Position numbers and translations under genes: made by a program | Assembly (NCBI GenBank): GCA_002243285.1 | Contig: CP022585.1 | Location: 1,330,669 to 1,394,668, forward strand | Length of the DNA stretch: 64,000 nucleotides | Reading direction: 5' to 3' | DNA from: Candidatus Fluviicola riflensis | GTDB taxonomy: Bacteria > Bacteroidota > Bacteroidia > Flavobacteriales_D > Crocinitomicaceae | Notes under the pieces: generated by a model | Told to the model about the DNA's origin: nothing | The model's input: only the letters and a program-made list of their open reading frames with translations | Databases searched by the model: none | In this document: positions 27,729 through 36,825 of the stretch, piece after piece | Position numbering within the stretch: the first letter of the stretch is position 1 | Layout: every line of letters begins with the position of its first letter

Positions 27729-28928
27729 ATGGCAAGAGAAATAAAACTAGGACTGAAAGAGAATCTCAATCAATTTATCTTGTTGATTATCGTAAATGCT
27801 TTCGTCGGTGGAATGGTTGGTTTGGAGCGCACTATTCTTCCTCAAATCGCAGAAAAGGAATTTCATCTTGCCGTAAACACAACCATCTTATCTTTCATTA
27901 TTGTTTTCGGAATTGTCAAAGCCATCACAAATTATTTCACGGGTTCCTTAGCGAATAGATTCGGCAGAAAAAACCTGCTAATTCTAGGTTGGGTTGTTGG
28001 AATTCCCGTTCCTTTTATCTTAATGCTTGCAGACAACTGGAACTGGATCATTTTTGCCAATGTTTTACTGGGAATCAATCAAGGTCTTACATGGTCTAGT
28101 ACGGTAGTCATGAAAATTGATTTGGTCGGTGAAAAAAATCGGGGATTAGCCATGGGACTAAACGAGTTTGCGGGTTATTTGTCGGTTGCTGTCATTGCCT
28201 TTTTAACAGGATGGATTGCAAGCGAACACGGATTAAGACCTTATCCTTTTTATATAGGAATTTTACTTTCCATTTTAGGATTAACTCTTTCGGTGTTCTT
28301 TATTAAAGATACCCGTCATCATGTAGGAATAGAGTCAGGTGATAGCAAGATTTCAAGATTGAAAAACATTTTTTGGGACACGACTTTGTTTGATCGAAAC
28401 TTAGGCTCTGTAACGCAAGCAGGATTGGTTAATAATCTAAATGATGGCATGGCATGGGGACTGTTTCCAATCCTTCTGGCACAAAAGAATTACAGTATTG
28501 GAGATATCGGCATTATTACAGCGACTTATCCAGCAGTTTGGGGAATTGGACAACTATTCACAGGCAAAATGTCAGATCACTTTCGTAAAAAGAGTATGCT
28601 ATTTTGGGGTATGTTATTGCAAGGTGTTGCGTTACTGTTTTTCGTCTTTGCCAATTCTTTTTCTCACTACATCATTCTTTCCTGTGTTCTTGGATGGGGA
28701 ACAGCCATGGTTTATCCAACATTTTTAGCAACTATCGCAGAAAACACTCATCCTATTGACAGAGCCAAAAGTATTGGTGTATTTCGATTATGGAGAGACC
28801 TTGGATATGCCATTGGAGCCATTTTAACAGGAATAATAGCAGATACATTTGGAATCAATGCCTCGATAATAGTCATTGGTGTATTAACTGTTTTTTCATC
28901 AGTAGTAATTGCGCGAAGAATGAAATAA
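27729..28928 (+). CDS. MFS transporter
   Basis: A 399-aa protein with about 12 predicted TM helices. The motif GSLANRFGRKN between TM2 and TM3 is the MFS signature. Confidence 0.85.
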   Translation: MAREIKLGLKENLNQFILLIIVNAFVGGMVGLERTILPQIAEKEFHLAVNTTILSFIIVFGIVKAITNYFTGSLANRFGRKNLLILGWVVGIPVPFILMLADNWNWIIFANVLLGINQGLTWSSTVVMKIDLVGEKNRGLAMGLNEFAGYLSVAVIAFLTGWIASEHGLRPYPFYIGILLSILGLTLSVFFIKDTRHHVGIESGDSKISRLKNIFWDTTLFDRNLGSVTQAGLVNNLNDGMAWGLFPILLAQKNYSIGDIGIITATYPAVWGIGQLFTGKMSDHFRKKSMLFWGMLLQGVALLFFVFANSFSHYIILSCVLGWGTAMVYPTFLATIAENTHPIDRAKSIGVFRLWRDLGYAIGAILTGIIADTFGINASIIVIGVLTVFSSVVIARRMK

Positions 28929-28941
28929 AAAATGAAAATAA

Positions 28942-29292
28942 ATGGAAAACACAAAATGTATCTCTCAACCGAGATTGAAAGAAATGATTCTTAAAAATCA
29001 AAAAGTAATTATCGTTGATGTTCGAAGTCAGGAAGAATTCAAAGTACTGCATATACCGAATGCAATAAACATTACAATTGAGGAATTGGAAAGCAGAAAA
29101 TTGGATTTTGAAAAAGAAGTTACAATAGTTACGGTCTGCGGCAAAGGAGGCGGACGATCAGAAAGTGCAGCGAAATCCATTCAATCGAATTATAGCAATA
29201 CTGTCTATTTTTTGGAGGGCGGAACATTCGGTTGGTTTGATGAGAATGAGAGCGAGAATGAAGTACAAAAAGAAAAGCGTGAGAGCGTTTAG
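28942..29292 (+). CDS. Rhodanese-like domain protein
   Basis: The pattern is IIVDVRSQEEF...HIPNAINI, with active-site loop VTVCGKGGGRS. The gene starts 13 nt after the MFS gene. Confidence 0.8.
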   Translation: MENTKCISQPRLKEMILKNQKVIIVDVRSQEEFKVLHIPNAINITIEELESRKLDFEKEVTIVTVCGKGGGRSESAAKSIQSNYSNTVYFLEGGTFGWFDENESENEVQKEKRESV

Positions 29293-29312
29293 CGATCATG
29301 CTTTTCTTTTTG

Positions 29313-29384
29313 TGATCCCGAAGGGAATCGAACCCATATCTAAAGTTTAGGAAACTTCTATTCTATCCGTTGAACTACGGGACC
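29313..29384 (-). tRNA. tRNA-Arg (anticodon CCT)
   Basis: The reverse complement is GGTCCCGTAGTTCAACGGATAGAATAGAAGTTTCCTAAACTTTAGATATGGGTTCGATTCCCTTCGGGATCA. It folds as a cloverleaf with a 7-bp acceptor (one G:U), D arm GTTC/GAAT, anticodon stem GAAGT/ACTTT with loop TTCCTAA, and T arm with a GGG-TTCGATT-CCC loop (one T:T mismatch). CCA is not encoded. Confidence 0.85.
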
Positions 29385-29531
29385 TTAATTGTGTTGCAAG
29401 AATACGAAATAAACACCTTTCTTGAAAGCGCTTGTTCGCAGTCCGCTAAAATTTCATAAAATCAACTTTTACACACCTCTTTTTATTGAATTCCGAATGC
29501 AAAAAGTAGGCTAAACTCAGGTTTTAAATAC

Positions 29532-29539
29532 TAAATTTG
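29532..29539 (+). promoter_or_regulatory. Bacteroidota-type -7 promoter box (TAnnTTTG)
   Basis: TAAATTTG lies 25 nt upstream of the aminotransferase ATG at 29565. Confidence 0.45.
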
Positions 29540-29564
29540 TGCTGTCTCTAAAAGAAACCGACGT

Positions 29565-30758
29565 ATGATTCAATTGTCTGATCGCGTAGAAGCGATGGAA
29601 GAATCCGCAACCCTGGCAATGTCCAAAAAAAGCCGCGAACTCAAGGCACAAGGAAAAGATGTGATCTCTCTGAGTTTGGGCGAACCCGATTTTTTTACAC
29701 CGCAATTCATCAAAGACGCGGCGATAGAAGGGATGAACCAAAACTTTACCATGTACACGCCCGTGCCCGGATACGAAGATCTGCGCCAGGCAATTGCTAA
29801 TAAATTTCAGCGCGACAATGGTATTCACTACGACAAAAATCAGATTGTTGTGTCTACAGGCGCCAAACAAACCATTGCCAATGTGGTGATGAGTCTGATC
29901 AACGAAGGTGATGAGGTAATCATTCCCGCTCCGTATTGGGTGTCGTATGCAGAGATTGTGAAAGTAGTTGGTGGTGTTCCGGTTATTGTACCAACGACCA
30001 TCGAAAACGACTTTAAATTTACCCCGAAACAATTCGAAGAATCGATCACCGGAAAATCCAAACTGATGATCTTTTCATCACCGTGTAACCCAACGGGAAC
30101 GGTTTATTCAAAAGAAGAACTCCGCGGATTAGCCGATGTATTGGTAAAACACCCTGATTTGGTAGTGCTTTCCGACGAAATCTACGAACACATTAACTTC
30201 GTTGGAAGTCACGCTTCCATGGCGCAGTTTGATGATGTTTACAACCAGGTTGTTACCGTAAACGGCGTTTCCAAAGCGTGGGCCATGACCGGCTGGCGTG
30301 TTGGTTACATGGGCGCACCGAAAGTAATCGCTGATGCCTGCGAAAAAGTTCAGGGACAGTTTACGTCTGCTACTTGCTCCATCGCACAACGCGCTACAAT
30401 TGCTGCTGTGAATGCCGATCCTGCCGTTTTGAAAGACATGATTGCTGCTTTTGCGCAACGCCGTGAACTGGTCTTGAACGCACTGGCGCAAATGCCCGGA
30501 GTGAAATCGAACAAACCAGGAGGCGCGTTTTACGTGTTCCCGGATATTTCTTCGTTCTTCGGTAAAAAATACGACGACAAAACCATTGAAAATGCCAGCG
30601 ATTTGTGCATGTATTTGCTCAATGTCGGTCTGGTTGCGCTGGTTACCGGCGATGCATTCGGCGATCCGAATTGTTTGCGCATTTCCTATGCGGCTTCAGA
30701 AGAAACACTCACCGAAGCGATGCGTCGTATGGCGGAAGCATTGAAAAACCTGGCGTAA
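29565..30758 (+). CDS. PLP-dependent class I aminotransferase (aspartate aminotransferase-like)
   Basis: Motifs are LSLGEPDF.TP and the PLP-lysine motif NGVSKAWAMTGWRVGY. The C-terminus reads LRISYA.SEE.L.EA. Length is 397 aa. Confidence 0.88.
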   Translation: MIQLSDRVEAMEESATLAMSKKSRELKAQGKDVISLSLGEPDFFTPQFIKDAAIEGMNQNFTMYTPVPGYEDLRQAIANKFQRDNGIHYDKNQIVVSTGAKQTIANVVMSLINEGDEVIIPAPYWVSYAEIVKVVGGVPVIVPTTIENDFKFTPKQFEESITGKSKLMIFSSPCNPTGTVYSKEELRGLADVLVKHPDLVVLSDEIYEHINFVGSHASMAQFDDVYNQVVTVNGVSKAWAMTGWRVGYMGAPKVIADACEKVQGQFTSATCSIAQRATIAAVNADPAVLKDMIAAFAQRRELVLNALAQMPGVKSNKPGGAFYVFPDISSFFGKKYDDKTIENASDLCMYLLNVGLVALVTGDAFGDPNCLRISYAASEETLTEAMRRMAEALKNLA

Positions 30759-31766
30759 ATGAGTATTCACGAACTGTTAGCCAATTTTGCTTCAAAGCGT
30801 ATCCTTGTGGTAGGTGACGTCATGATCGACGCCTATACATTGGGAAAAGTAAACCGTGTAAGTCCTGAAGCGCCTGTTCCGATCGTAAGTTTGGAAAAAC
30901 AGGAGGAACGCCTGGGAGGAGCTGCAAATGTGGCGTTGAACCTGCAGGCATTAGGCGCGACAGCTTTATTGTGTTCTGTGATCGGAAACGACAGCTACGG
31001 AAAACGCCTGTGCGAACTGATGACAGAACAGCAGATGTCGGTAAACGGAATTGTGAAAAGCAATGATCGTGTTACAACTGTTAAAACCCGCGTGATCGGT
31101 AATAATCAGCACTTGTTGCGCATCGACGCGGAAGATACGCACACGCTGACGCCTCAGGAAGAATCGGCATTTATTGCAACAGTAAAGCAATTGGTGCAAA
31201 CCGAACAAATCGATGCCATTATTTTTGAAGATTACAACAAAGGCGTATTGTCGGCCAATGTGATTGAATCATTGATCGCTGAAGCAAAAGCACATGGAAT
31301 TCCAACGACGGTTGATCCGAAAAAGACCAACTTTTTGGCTTATAAAGGAGTCACATTATTCAAACCGAACTTAAAGGAATTGAAAGAAGGAGTGGGCATT
31401 TCCTGCACCTTTTTGAACCGCCCCGAATTTGACCGCGCCATCACCGTTTTGGAACAGGAATTGCAGAACGAAATTACGTTTGTGACACTTTCGGAAAACG
31501 GCGTTTATATTAAAAAAGCAACCCACGAAAAGCATGTTCCGGCACATATTCGCAGCATTCTGGACGTGAGCGGAGCAGGCGATACCGTGATCAGCGTGGC
31601 AACTCTCTGTTTGGCAGCCGGTTGTTCCATTGAAACAATTGCCGAATTGTCGAACCTCGCTGGCGGATTGGTGTGCGAGAAAAGTGGAGTGGTTTCCATT
31701 CAGCCAGGTGAATTGATCGAAGAATGTTCAGAGCAGGGTCTGGAAGTAAAATTCACCGGCCGATAG
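30759..31766 (+). CDS. PfkB-family sugar kinase, RfaE/HldE domain I-like (D-glycero-beta-D-manno-heptose-7-phosphate kinase)
   Basis: The N-terminus is ILVVGDVMIDAY..G.V.R.SPEAPVPIV......RLGGAANVA.NL..LGA. The C-terminal part has DVSGAGDTVI. The ATG directly abuts the preceding stop. Confidence 0.75.
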   Translation: MSIHELLANFASKRILVVGDVMIDAYTLGKVNRVSPEAPVPIVSLEKQEERLGGAANVALNLQALGATALLCSVIGNDSYGKRLCELMTEQQMSVNGIVKSNDRVTTVKTRVIGNNQHLLRIDAEDTHTLTPQEESAFIATVKQLVQTEQIDAIIFEDYNKGVLSANVIESLIAEAKAHGIPTTVDPKKTNFLAYKGVTLFKPNLKELKEGVGISCTFLNRPEFDRAITVLEQELQNEITFVTLSENGVYIKKATHEKHVPAHIRSILDVSGAGDTVISVATLCLAAGCSIETIAELSNLAGGLVCEKSGVVSIQPGELIEECSEQGLEVKFTGR

Positions 31767-31808
31767 AGTAGAAAAAAGTTCCCCAACGGGAAAACGAGCA
31801 TACGCAAG

Positions 31809-32537
31809 ATGAGAAAAGAAGTAAAACCTTACGGCAGGGAAGATCAGTCGAAGAAAGAAGAAGTAGCCGAAATGTTCAATAATATTTCCGGCAAATACGA
31901 CTTTCTCAATCATTTTTTATCGGTTGGAATAGATAAATTGTGGCGCAAGAAAGCGGTGAACATGCTGCGCGAAATCAATCCGAAACGCATTCTGGACCTC
32001 GCTACCGGTACCGGTGATTTTGCCATCGAAAGTCTGAAACTGGACCCGGATGAAATCATCGGGATCGATATTTCGGAAGGAATGCTCGAAGTGGGCCGCA
32101 AGAAAATGATCAAACGCAAAGTCGATCACATCATTTCCATGCACCTGGGCGATTCGGAAGCATTGCCGTTTGAAGATGGGCATTTTGATGCATTCACCGT
32201 AGGTTTTGGCGTTCGTAATTACCAGAACCTCGAAAAAGGATTGTCTGAAATGTTGCGCGTTTTACGTCCGGAAGGAATGGGAATTGTTTTGGAATTCTCA
32301 AAACCGAAGAAATTTCCGATCAAACAATATTATGCGTTCCATTCCAGGTACATCATTCCGTTTTTTGGAAAACGCATTTCCAACGACGAACGAGCCTATG
32401 CTTATTTACCCGAATCGGTAGCGGCATTTCCCGAAGGAAAAGATTTTGAAGACATTCTCACCAAAGTCGGCTACCGCAATGTGAAGTCGCGTTTGGTAGG
32501 CGGTGGCATTGCAACCATTTATTCCGGTATAAAATAA
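31809..32537 (+). CDS. ubiE: Demethylmenaquinone / ubiquinone methyltransferase UbiE/MenG
   Basis: Motifs are MFNNISGKYDFLNHFLS.G.D..WRK and the SAM motif ILDLATGTGD. The C-terminal part has YAYLPESV..FP.G.DF. Confidence 0.9.
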   Translation: MRKEVKPYGREDQSKKEEVAEMFNNISGKYDFLNHFLSVGIDKLWRKKAVNMLREINPKRILDLATGTGDFAIESLKLDPDEIIGIDISEGMLEVGRKKMIKRKVDHIISMHLGDSEALPFEDGHFDAFTVGFGVRNYQNLEKGLSEMLRVLRPEGMGIVLEFSKPKKFPIKQYYAFHSRYIIPFFGKRISNDERAYAYLPESVAAFPEGKDFEDILTKVGYRNVKSRLVGGGIATIYSGIK

Positions 32538-32567
32538 CTTCCGAGTAGTAACGTTAAGGTGTTGAAT

Positions 32568-33284
32568 ATGAAGTTCCCGGTTTCCATACTGTTTTGTCTC
32601 TTAGCTATCGGCGCGTTTGCACAACCCGAAAAAACGAAGAATTACCGTCGTTTTGATGAGAAGCTGCTGCATTTTGGTTTTATGCTCGGAGCCAACACGG
32701 CCAATTTCAACCTGATTCCCGTTCAGGATGCATATGAAACTTATGGAATCAAATCATTGGAAAACAAACAACAGCCAGGCGGACAGGTAGGAATTGTGAC
32801 TACCTTAAAACTCTGGCACCCGGTAGCGCGCTTGCGATTCATCCCTACATTGTCGTTCCAGGAACGTGTGATTCAGTATTATTACCAGGATCCTGATCCG
32901 CTCGCGAAAAAAGACATTTATGCTGAAGAGCGCGTCAATTCCACTAACCTCGATTTTCCGCTGATGCTGCAGTTCAGAACACTGCGACTCAATAATTTCG
33001 CAAGTTATGTGTTGGTTGGCGGGCAGTACTCATTCGATTTACAATCACAGGAAAAGGCGTCGCAATCGTTCATAGATCCGTTCATAAAGATCAAGGCCAA
33101 CGATTTTCAGGGACAAGTAGGAGCAGGGCTCGAGTTTTTCGCACCCTATTTTAAATTTGGCTTCGAAATCAAATACTCACAGGGATTTTCCAATTCGTTT
33201 ATCCAGGACGGAACACCTTCTTCCAAACCCATTGATCAGTTGTTCAATAAGGTGTGGTGGTTTTCACTCATTTTCGAAGGCTAA
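32568..33284 (+). CDS. porT: PorT-family outer-membrane beta-barrel protein (T9SS-associated)
   Basis: It has a signal peptide (MKFPVSILFCLLAIGAFAQ). LHFGFMLGANTANF and the size (~238 aa) resemble PorT/SprT. The position directly after ubiE matches the synteny I recall for Bacteroidota. The ATG at 32568 is preferred over the GTG at 32559. Confidence 0.6.
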   Translation: MKFPVSILFCLLAIGAFAQPEKTKNYRRFDEKLLHFGFMLGANTANFNLIPVQDAYETYGIKSLENKQQPGGQVGIVTTLKLWHPVARLRFIPTLSFQERVIQYYYQDPDPLAKKDIYAEERVNSTNLDFPLMLQFRTLRLNNFASYVLVGGQYSFDLQSQEKASQSFIDPFIKIKANDFQGQVGAGLEFFAPYFKFGFEIKYSQGFSNSFIQDGTPSSKPIDQLFNKVWWFSLIFEG

Positions 33285-33309
33285 ACTAATGTTGAATTAT
33301 GAATGCTTA

Positions 33310-33337
33310 ATGTTGAATTGGGTTCTTCATTCAACAT
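33310..33337 (+). terminator. Hairpin after porT-like gene (terminator candidate)
   Basis: ATGTTGAAT (33310-33318) pairs with ATTCAACAT (33329-33337). No T-run follows. Confidence 0.3.
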
Positions 33338-33370
33338 CAAAAATCAAGCATCAAGCATCCGAAAATCAAG

Positions 33371-33378
33371 TATCTTTG
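33371..33378 (+). promoter_or_regulatory. -7 promoter box TATCTTTG only 7 nt from the start codon (near-leaderless mRNA)
   Basis: TATCTTTG is at 33371-33378 and the ATG is at 33386. Confidence 0.4.
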
Positions 33379-33385
33379 TCCCTCA

Positions 33386-34954
33386 ATGATTGAACCCAAA
33401 CAACTCCAACTTCAAATTTCTCCCGAGCTGGCAGCAGATCCGGAAAAACTCCATTTGCACATTGCCCGAGAACTCAATCAATCTCCCGATTCATTCGAAT
33501 TTGTTTGGCACAAACGCTCCATTGACGCGCGTAAACGGGATATCAAGATCAACGCAACATTGCACGTTTACCCGAAAGGAGAGGTGCCGGTTAAACCAGC
33601 TACATTTCACCCGAAAAACGTCTCCAAGGCAACACCTGTTTATATTATTGGTGCCGGTCCTGCCGGTTTGTATGCGGCGCTGAGAGCGTTGGAACTGGGA
33701 TTAAAACCCATTGTGATCGAACGTGGAAAAGACGTGCGTGCCCGGCGAAGAGATTTGGCGATTCTCAACAAAGAACAACTCGTAAACCCGGAATCGAACT
33801 ATTGTTTCGGTGAAGGTGGTGCAGGAACCTATTCCGACGGAAAATTGTATACCCGTTCCAAAAAACGCGGAGATGTGTTGAAAACGCTCGAATGGCTCGT
33901 CCATTTTGGCGCCCCTCAGGATATTTTAGTAGATGCACATCCACATATCGGGACTAATAAACTGCCGCAATTGATCGTTGCCATGCGTGATTGCATCATT
34001 GAATATGGCGGCGAAGTACGCTTTGAAACTAAACTGACGGATTTATTCATTGAACAGCAACAAGTCGTTGGTATTGAAATTAATGGAAACCAGCGCATCG
34101 ATTGTTCCAATGTGATTTTAGCAACCGGTCACAGCGCCCGGGATATTTTTTACCTGCTGCACGACCGTGGAGTGAAACTACTTGCAAAACCGTTCGCTTT
34201 GGGTGTAAGAATTGAACACACACAGGAATTAATCGATACGATTCAATATCATGGACGTTTGAATGACGAATTTCTTCCACCAGCTTCGTACGCTTTGGTT
34301 ACGCAGGTTGAAGACAAAGGTGTTTATTCGTTTTGCATGTGTCCGGGTGGAATTATCGCGCCATGTTCAACTGCCGAAGGGGAAGTGGTTACCAATGGCT
34401 GGTCACCTTCCAAACGCAATAATATTACTTCCAATTCTGGAATTGTAGTGAGCGTGGAACCGGAAGAATTGCCGAATTACACACCGGATAATCCGTTCGT
34501 TTGCCTTGAATTTCAGCAAAAAGTAGAACAAACGTGCTGGGAAGCTGCCGGAAAAACGCAACGTGTTCCTGCACAGCGATTGATTGATTTTATAGACCGC
34601 AAAAAGTCAAAAGATTTCCCGCGAACTTCGTATCAACCTGGTATTGTAAGTGTTGATCTCAATACCGTTTTACCTGATTTTATTGCCCGCAGATTGCGAA
34701 AAGCCTTTGTCGATTTTGATCGTAAAATGCGCGGTTATCTCACCAACGATGCCGTTTTACACGCACCTGAATCACGCACATCGTCACCGGTTTCTATTCC
34801 CAGGAACAGTGAAACCTGCGAGCATATTGAAATTGCTGGTTTGTATCCGTGTGCAGAAGGCGCTGGTTATGCGGGTGGAATTGTTTCCGCTGCCATTGAT
34901 GGTATGAAATGCATGGATGCCATTGCTGAAAAGTTGAATCCAAAAGAAACGTAA
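33386..34954 (+). CDS. FAD-dependent oxidoreductase (COG2509-like uncharacterised dehydrogenase)
   Basis: It has the dinucleotide-binding motif VYIIGAGPAGLYAAL, then GEGGAGTYSDGKL and, at the C-terminus, YPCAEGAGYAGGI. Confidence 0.8.
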   Translation: MIEPKQLQLQISPELAADPEKLHLHIARELNQSPDSFEFVWHKRSIDARKRDIKINATLHVYPKGEVPVKPATFHPKNVSKATPVYIIGAGPAGLYAALRALELGLKPIVIERGKDVRARRRDLAILNKEQLVNPESNYCFGEGGAGTYSDGKLYTRSKKRGDVLKTLEWLVHFGAPQDILVDAHPHIGTNKLPQLIVAMRDCIIEYGGEVRFETKLTDLFIEQQQVVGIEINGNQRIDCSNVILATGHSARDIFYLLHDRGVKLLAKPFALGVRIEHTQELIDTIQYHGRLNDEFLPPASYALVTQVEDKGVYSFCMCPGGIIAPCSTAEGEVVTNGWSPSKRNNITSNSGIVVSVEPEELPNYTPDNPFVCLEFQQKVEQTCWEAAGKTQRVPAQRLIDFIDRKKSKDFPRTSYQPGIVSVDLNTVLPDFIARRLRKAFVDFDRKMRGYLTNDAVLHAPESRTSSPVSIPRNSETCEHIEIAGLYPCAEGAGYAGGIVSAAIDGMKCMDAIAEKLNPKET

Positions 34955-34957
34955 AAA

Positions 34958-35698
34958 TCAATCGTTCTTCCGTACTTCGGCCAGTAAAATAGCTGTGGCT
35001 GTTGCAACATTGAGTGATTCTGCCGCTCCAAACCGGGGAATCGTTACAGCTTGCGTAATCAACGGAATGAGTTTGTCGGAGATTCCATTTCCTTCATTTC
35101 CCATCAGCAGAATACCATCAGGTTTATACGAAACAGCGTGATGATTTTCGCCATTGAGCAAAGCACCGTAAACCGGTCTTTTCGTATCGGATAAATAGCT
35201 CAAAAGGTCGGTGTAAACCACCTGAATCCTGAAAATAGCTCCCATCGATGCTTGCACCACTTTTGGATTGTAGCAATCAACCGTTTCGCGTGAGCAAACA
35301 ATTCGTTCGATCCCGAACCAATCGGCCAAACGTAAAATCGTACCCATGTTTCCCGGATCTTGTACACTATCTAATGCCAATTCAAAACCTTTCTGCGTTG
35401 CTGTTAGTTCCGGACGTTTGAAAACCGCCAGGAGTTTATTCGGTGTTTTTAATCCGGAAAGCTGCTCCATTTCGGTGGTGTCGGCACTAAAAGCAGCTTC
35501 TCTGAAATCTTCAGGAACAATGGAGAGTTCATCTTTGTGTGCTACTAACGCAACAAGCGTATGGAGTTCACTTGCCAAACCTTCAAGCACCATTTTTTCA
35601 CCCTCAACTACGAAAACACCTTCCTGTTCACGTACTTTTTTTTGATGAAGACTCCGAATCCACTTAATCCTGGCCTTTGAGATTTTTTCCATGTTCAT
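34958..35698 (-). CDS. TrmH/SpoU-family RNA 2'-O-methyltransferase
   Basis: The SPOUT motifs are LDSVQDPGNMGTILR, LLMGNEGNGIS and IPRFGAAESLNVATATAILL. Confidence 0.88.
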   Translation of the reverse strand: MNMEKISKARIKWIRSLHQKKVREQEGVFVVEGEKMVLEGLASELHTLVALVAHKDELSIVPEDFREAAFSADTTEMEQLSGLKTPNKLLAVFKRPELTATQKGFELALDSVQDPGNMGTILRLADWFGIERIVCSRETVDCYNPKVVQASMGAIFRIQVVYTDLLSYLSDTKRPVYGALLNGENHHAVSYKPDGILLMGNEGNGISDKLIPLITQAVTIPRFGAAESLNVATATAILLAEVRKND

Positions 35699-35897
35699 AT
35701 CAAGAAGTTCAAACTTACTGTTTTTTGATTAGTCGTAGGTTAATAAGATGTGTTGGATTGAAACAAGATTCCGGGTTGATTTTATCTAAATCCCTGTATT
35801 CAGCAAAACGACTTCCTCAAAAATGTTCAGGGACCTTCATTCGCTGAACTTCATTACATTTACCGATACTTCTAAAATGCGCGCTTAAAAAGTACTT

Positions 35898-36821
35898 ATG
35901 ATCAACGAAATATTACTACTCTTTATTTCTATCATACCTGCATGTTTACTGGCTTTTGTCGCTCCATCCTTTTTTAAGGAATTATGGCTTGACCTGCGTT
36001 TGGGGCGAATTTTTCATTACTTCATGTTGTTCGCGTTTGGGTTTGTCGTGCAAAAAGGTACGATTGCTTTGCTGGAAGAAGTTTCGCCCGATACCTGGCT
36101 CAAATTCCCGCTGTACTTCATTGTTTTGGCTTATGCCGCCGTTTTTGCCATTGCCACCAACAACAAAGAAGACCTGGAAATCGATAAAATCACCAATGTC
36201 AATCGTCCGCTGGTGCGCAATGCCGTAAATCCGAGGAACTATCTCATAGTAGCTTCAATTAGTTTAATCGTTTCTCTGGTAGTGGCTTTTTTAGCCGATC
36301 CGGTATTTTTTGCTGCGGTTACCGGAATTTCATTGGTCTATTACATCTATTCCTGCAAGCCATTTAAAATCAAACGTTTTGTATTTCTGGCGAAGCTCTT
36401 GATTGGTGTAAATTCGTTGATTTCAGCACTTTGCGGGTTTCTTTTAGCAGGGGGTGAATTACTTGATTTTCCTCTATTCTGGTTGATTTTCATTCTTGTT
36501 CCCGTTTCATTGATGGCCAATTTCATTGACTTGAAAGATACGGCCGGTGACAGGCTTGCGGGAATAAAAACACTTCCCGTGATTTGGGGCGAACCGACCG
36601 CAAAACGGCTCATCGCCTTGTTCACCTTTTCGGCTTATGCGTATGTGTTTTTCTATTTTAATTCGCTGCTCATTGGTTTGACGTTGTTGCTCACGGTTTC
36701 AGTACATATCTATTTGATCTTTCGGGAACCGTATCAGGAAAAACCGTTATTTTTATTGCATAACAGCCTGTTTTTGGGGCTGATACTGTTATTGTTGATT
36801 CGGCCATACATCCATTACTAG
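35898..36821 (+). CDS. UbiA-family membrane prenyltransferase
   Basis: Both Asp-rich motifs are present: NNKEDLEID (NxxxDxxxD) and DLKDTAGD (DxxDxxxD), followed by GIKTLPV. It has about 8-9 TM helices. Confidence 0.85.
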   Translation: MINEILLLFISIIPACLLAFVAPSFFKELWLDLRLGRIFHYFMLFAFGFVVQKGTIALLEEVSPDTWLKFPLYFIVLAYAAVFAIATNNKEDLEIDKITNVNRPLVRNAVNPRNYLIVASISLIVSLVVAFLADPVFFAAVTGISLVYYIYSCKPFKIKRFVFLAKLLIGVNSLISALCGFLLAGGELLDFPLFWLIFILVPVSLMANFIDLKDTAGDRLAGIKTLPVIWGEPTAKRLIALFTFSAYAYVFFYFNSLLIGLTLLLTVSVHIYLIFREPYQEKPLFLLHNSLFLGLILLLLIRPYIHY

Positions 36822-36825
36822 CGCT

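Noticed and set aside
27677-27958. A 93-aa ORF upstream of and overlapping the MFS transporter gene.
   Set aside because: It is an alternative frame of the MFS gene and spans the predicted -7 box. It is basic and low-complexity.
29243-29262. GA-rich GAGAATGAGAGCGAGAATGA-type strings at the rhodanese 3' end, at 27005-27020, and inverted at 22551-22579.
   Set aside because: These are low-complexity purine-rich sequences. The 22551-22579 instance is simply a hairpin. The similarity is too short and degenerate to call a repeat family.
29313-29384. tRNA-Arg as a possible integration hotspot or genomic-island boundary.
   Set aside because: I saw no integrase, no direct repeat of the tRNA 3' end and no mobile genes on either side. 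The flanking genes are ordinary metabolic genes.
29517-30032. A 171-aa minus-strand ORF overlapping the aminotransferase gene.
   Set aside because: It is antisense to a gene with a clear PLP-lysine motif, and its sequence is not protein-like.
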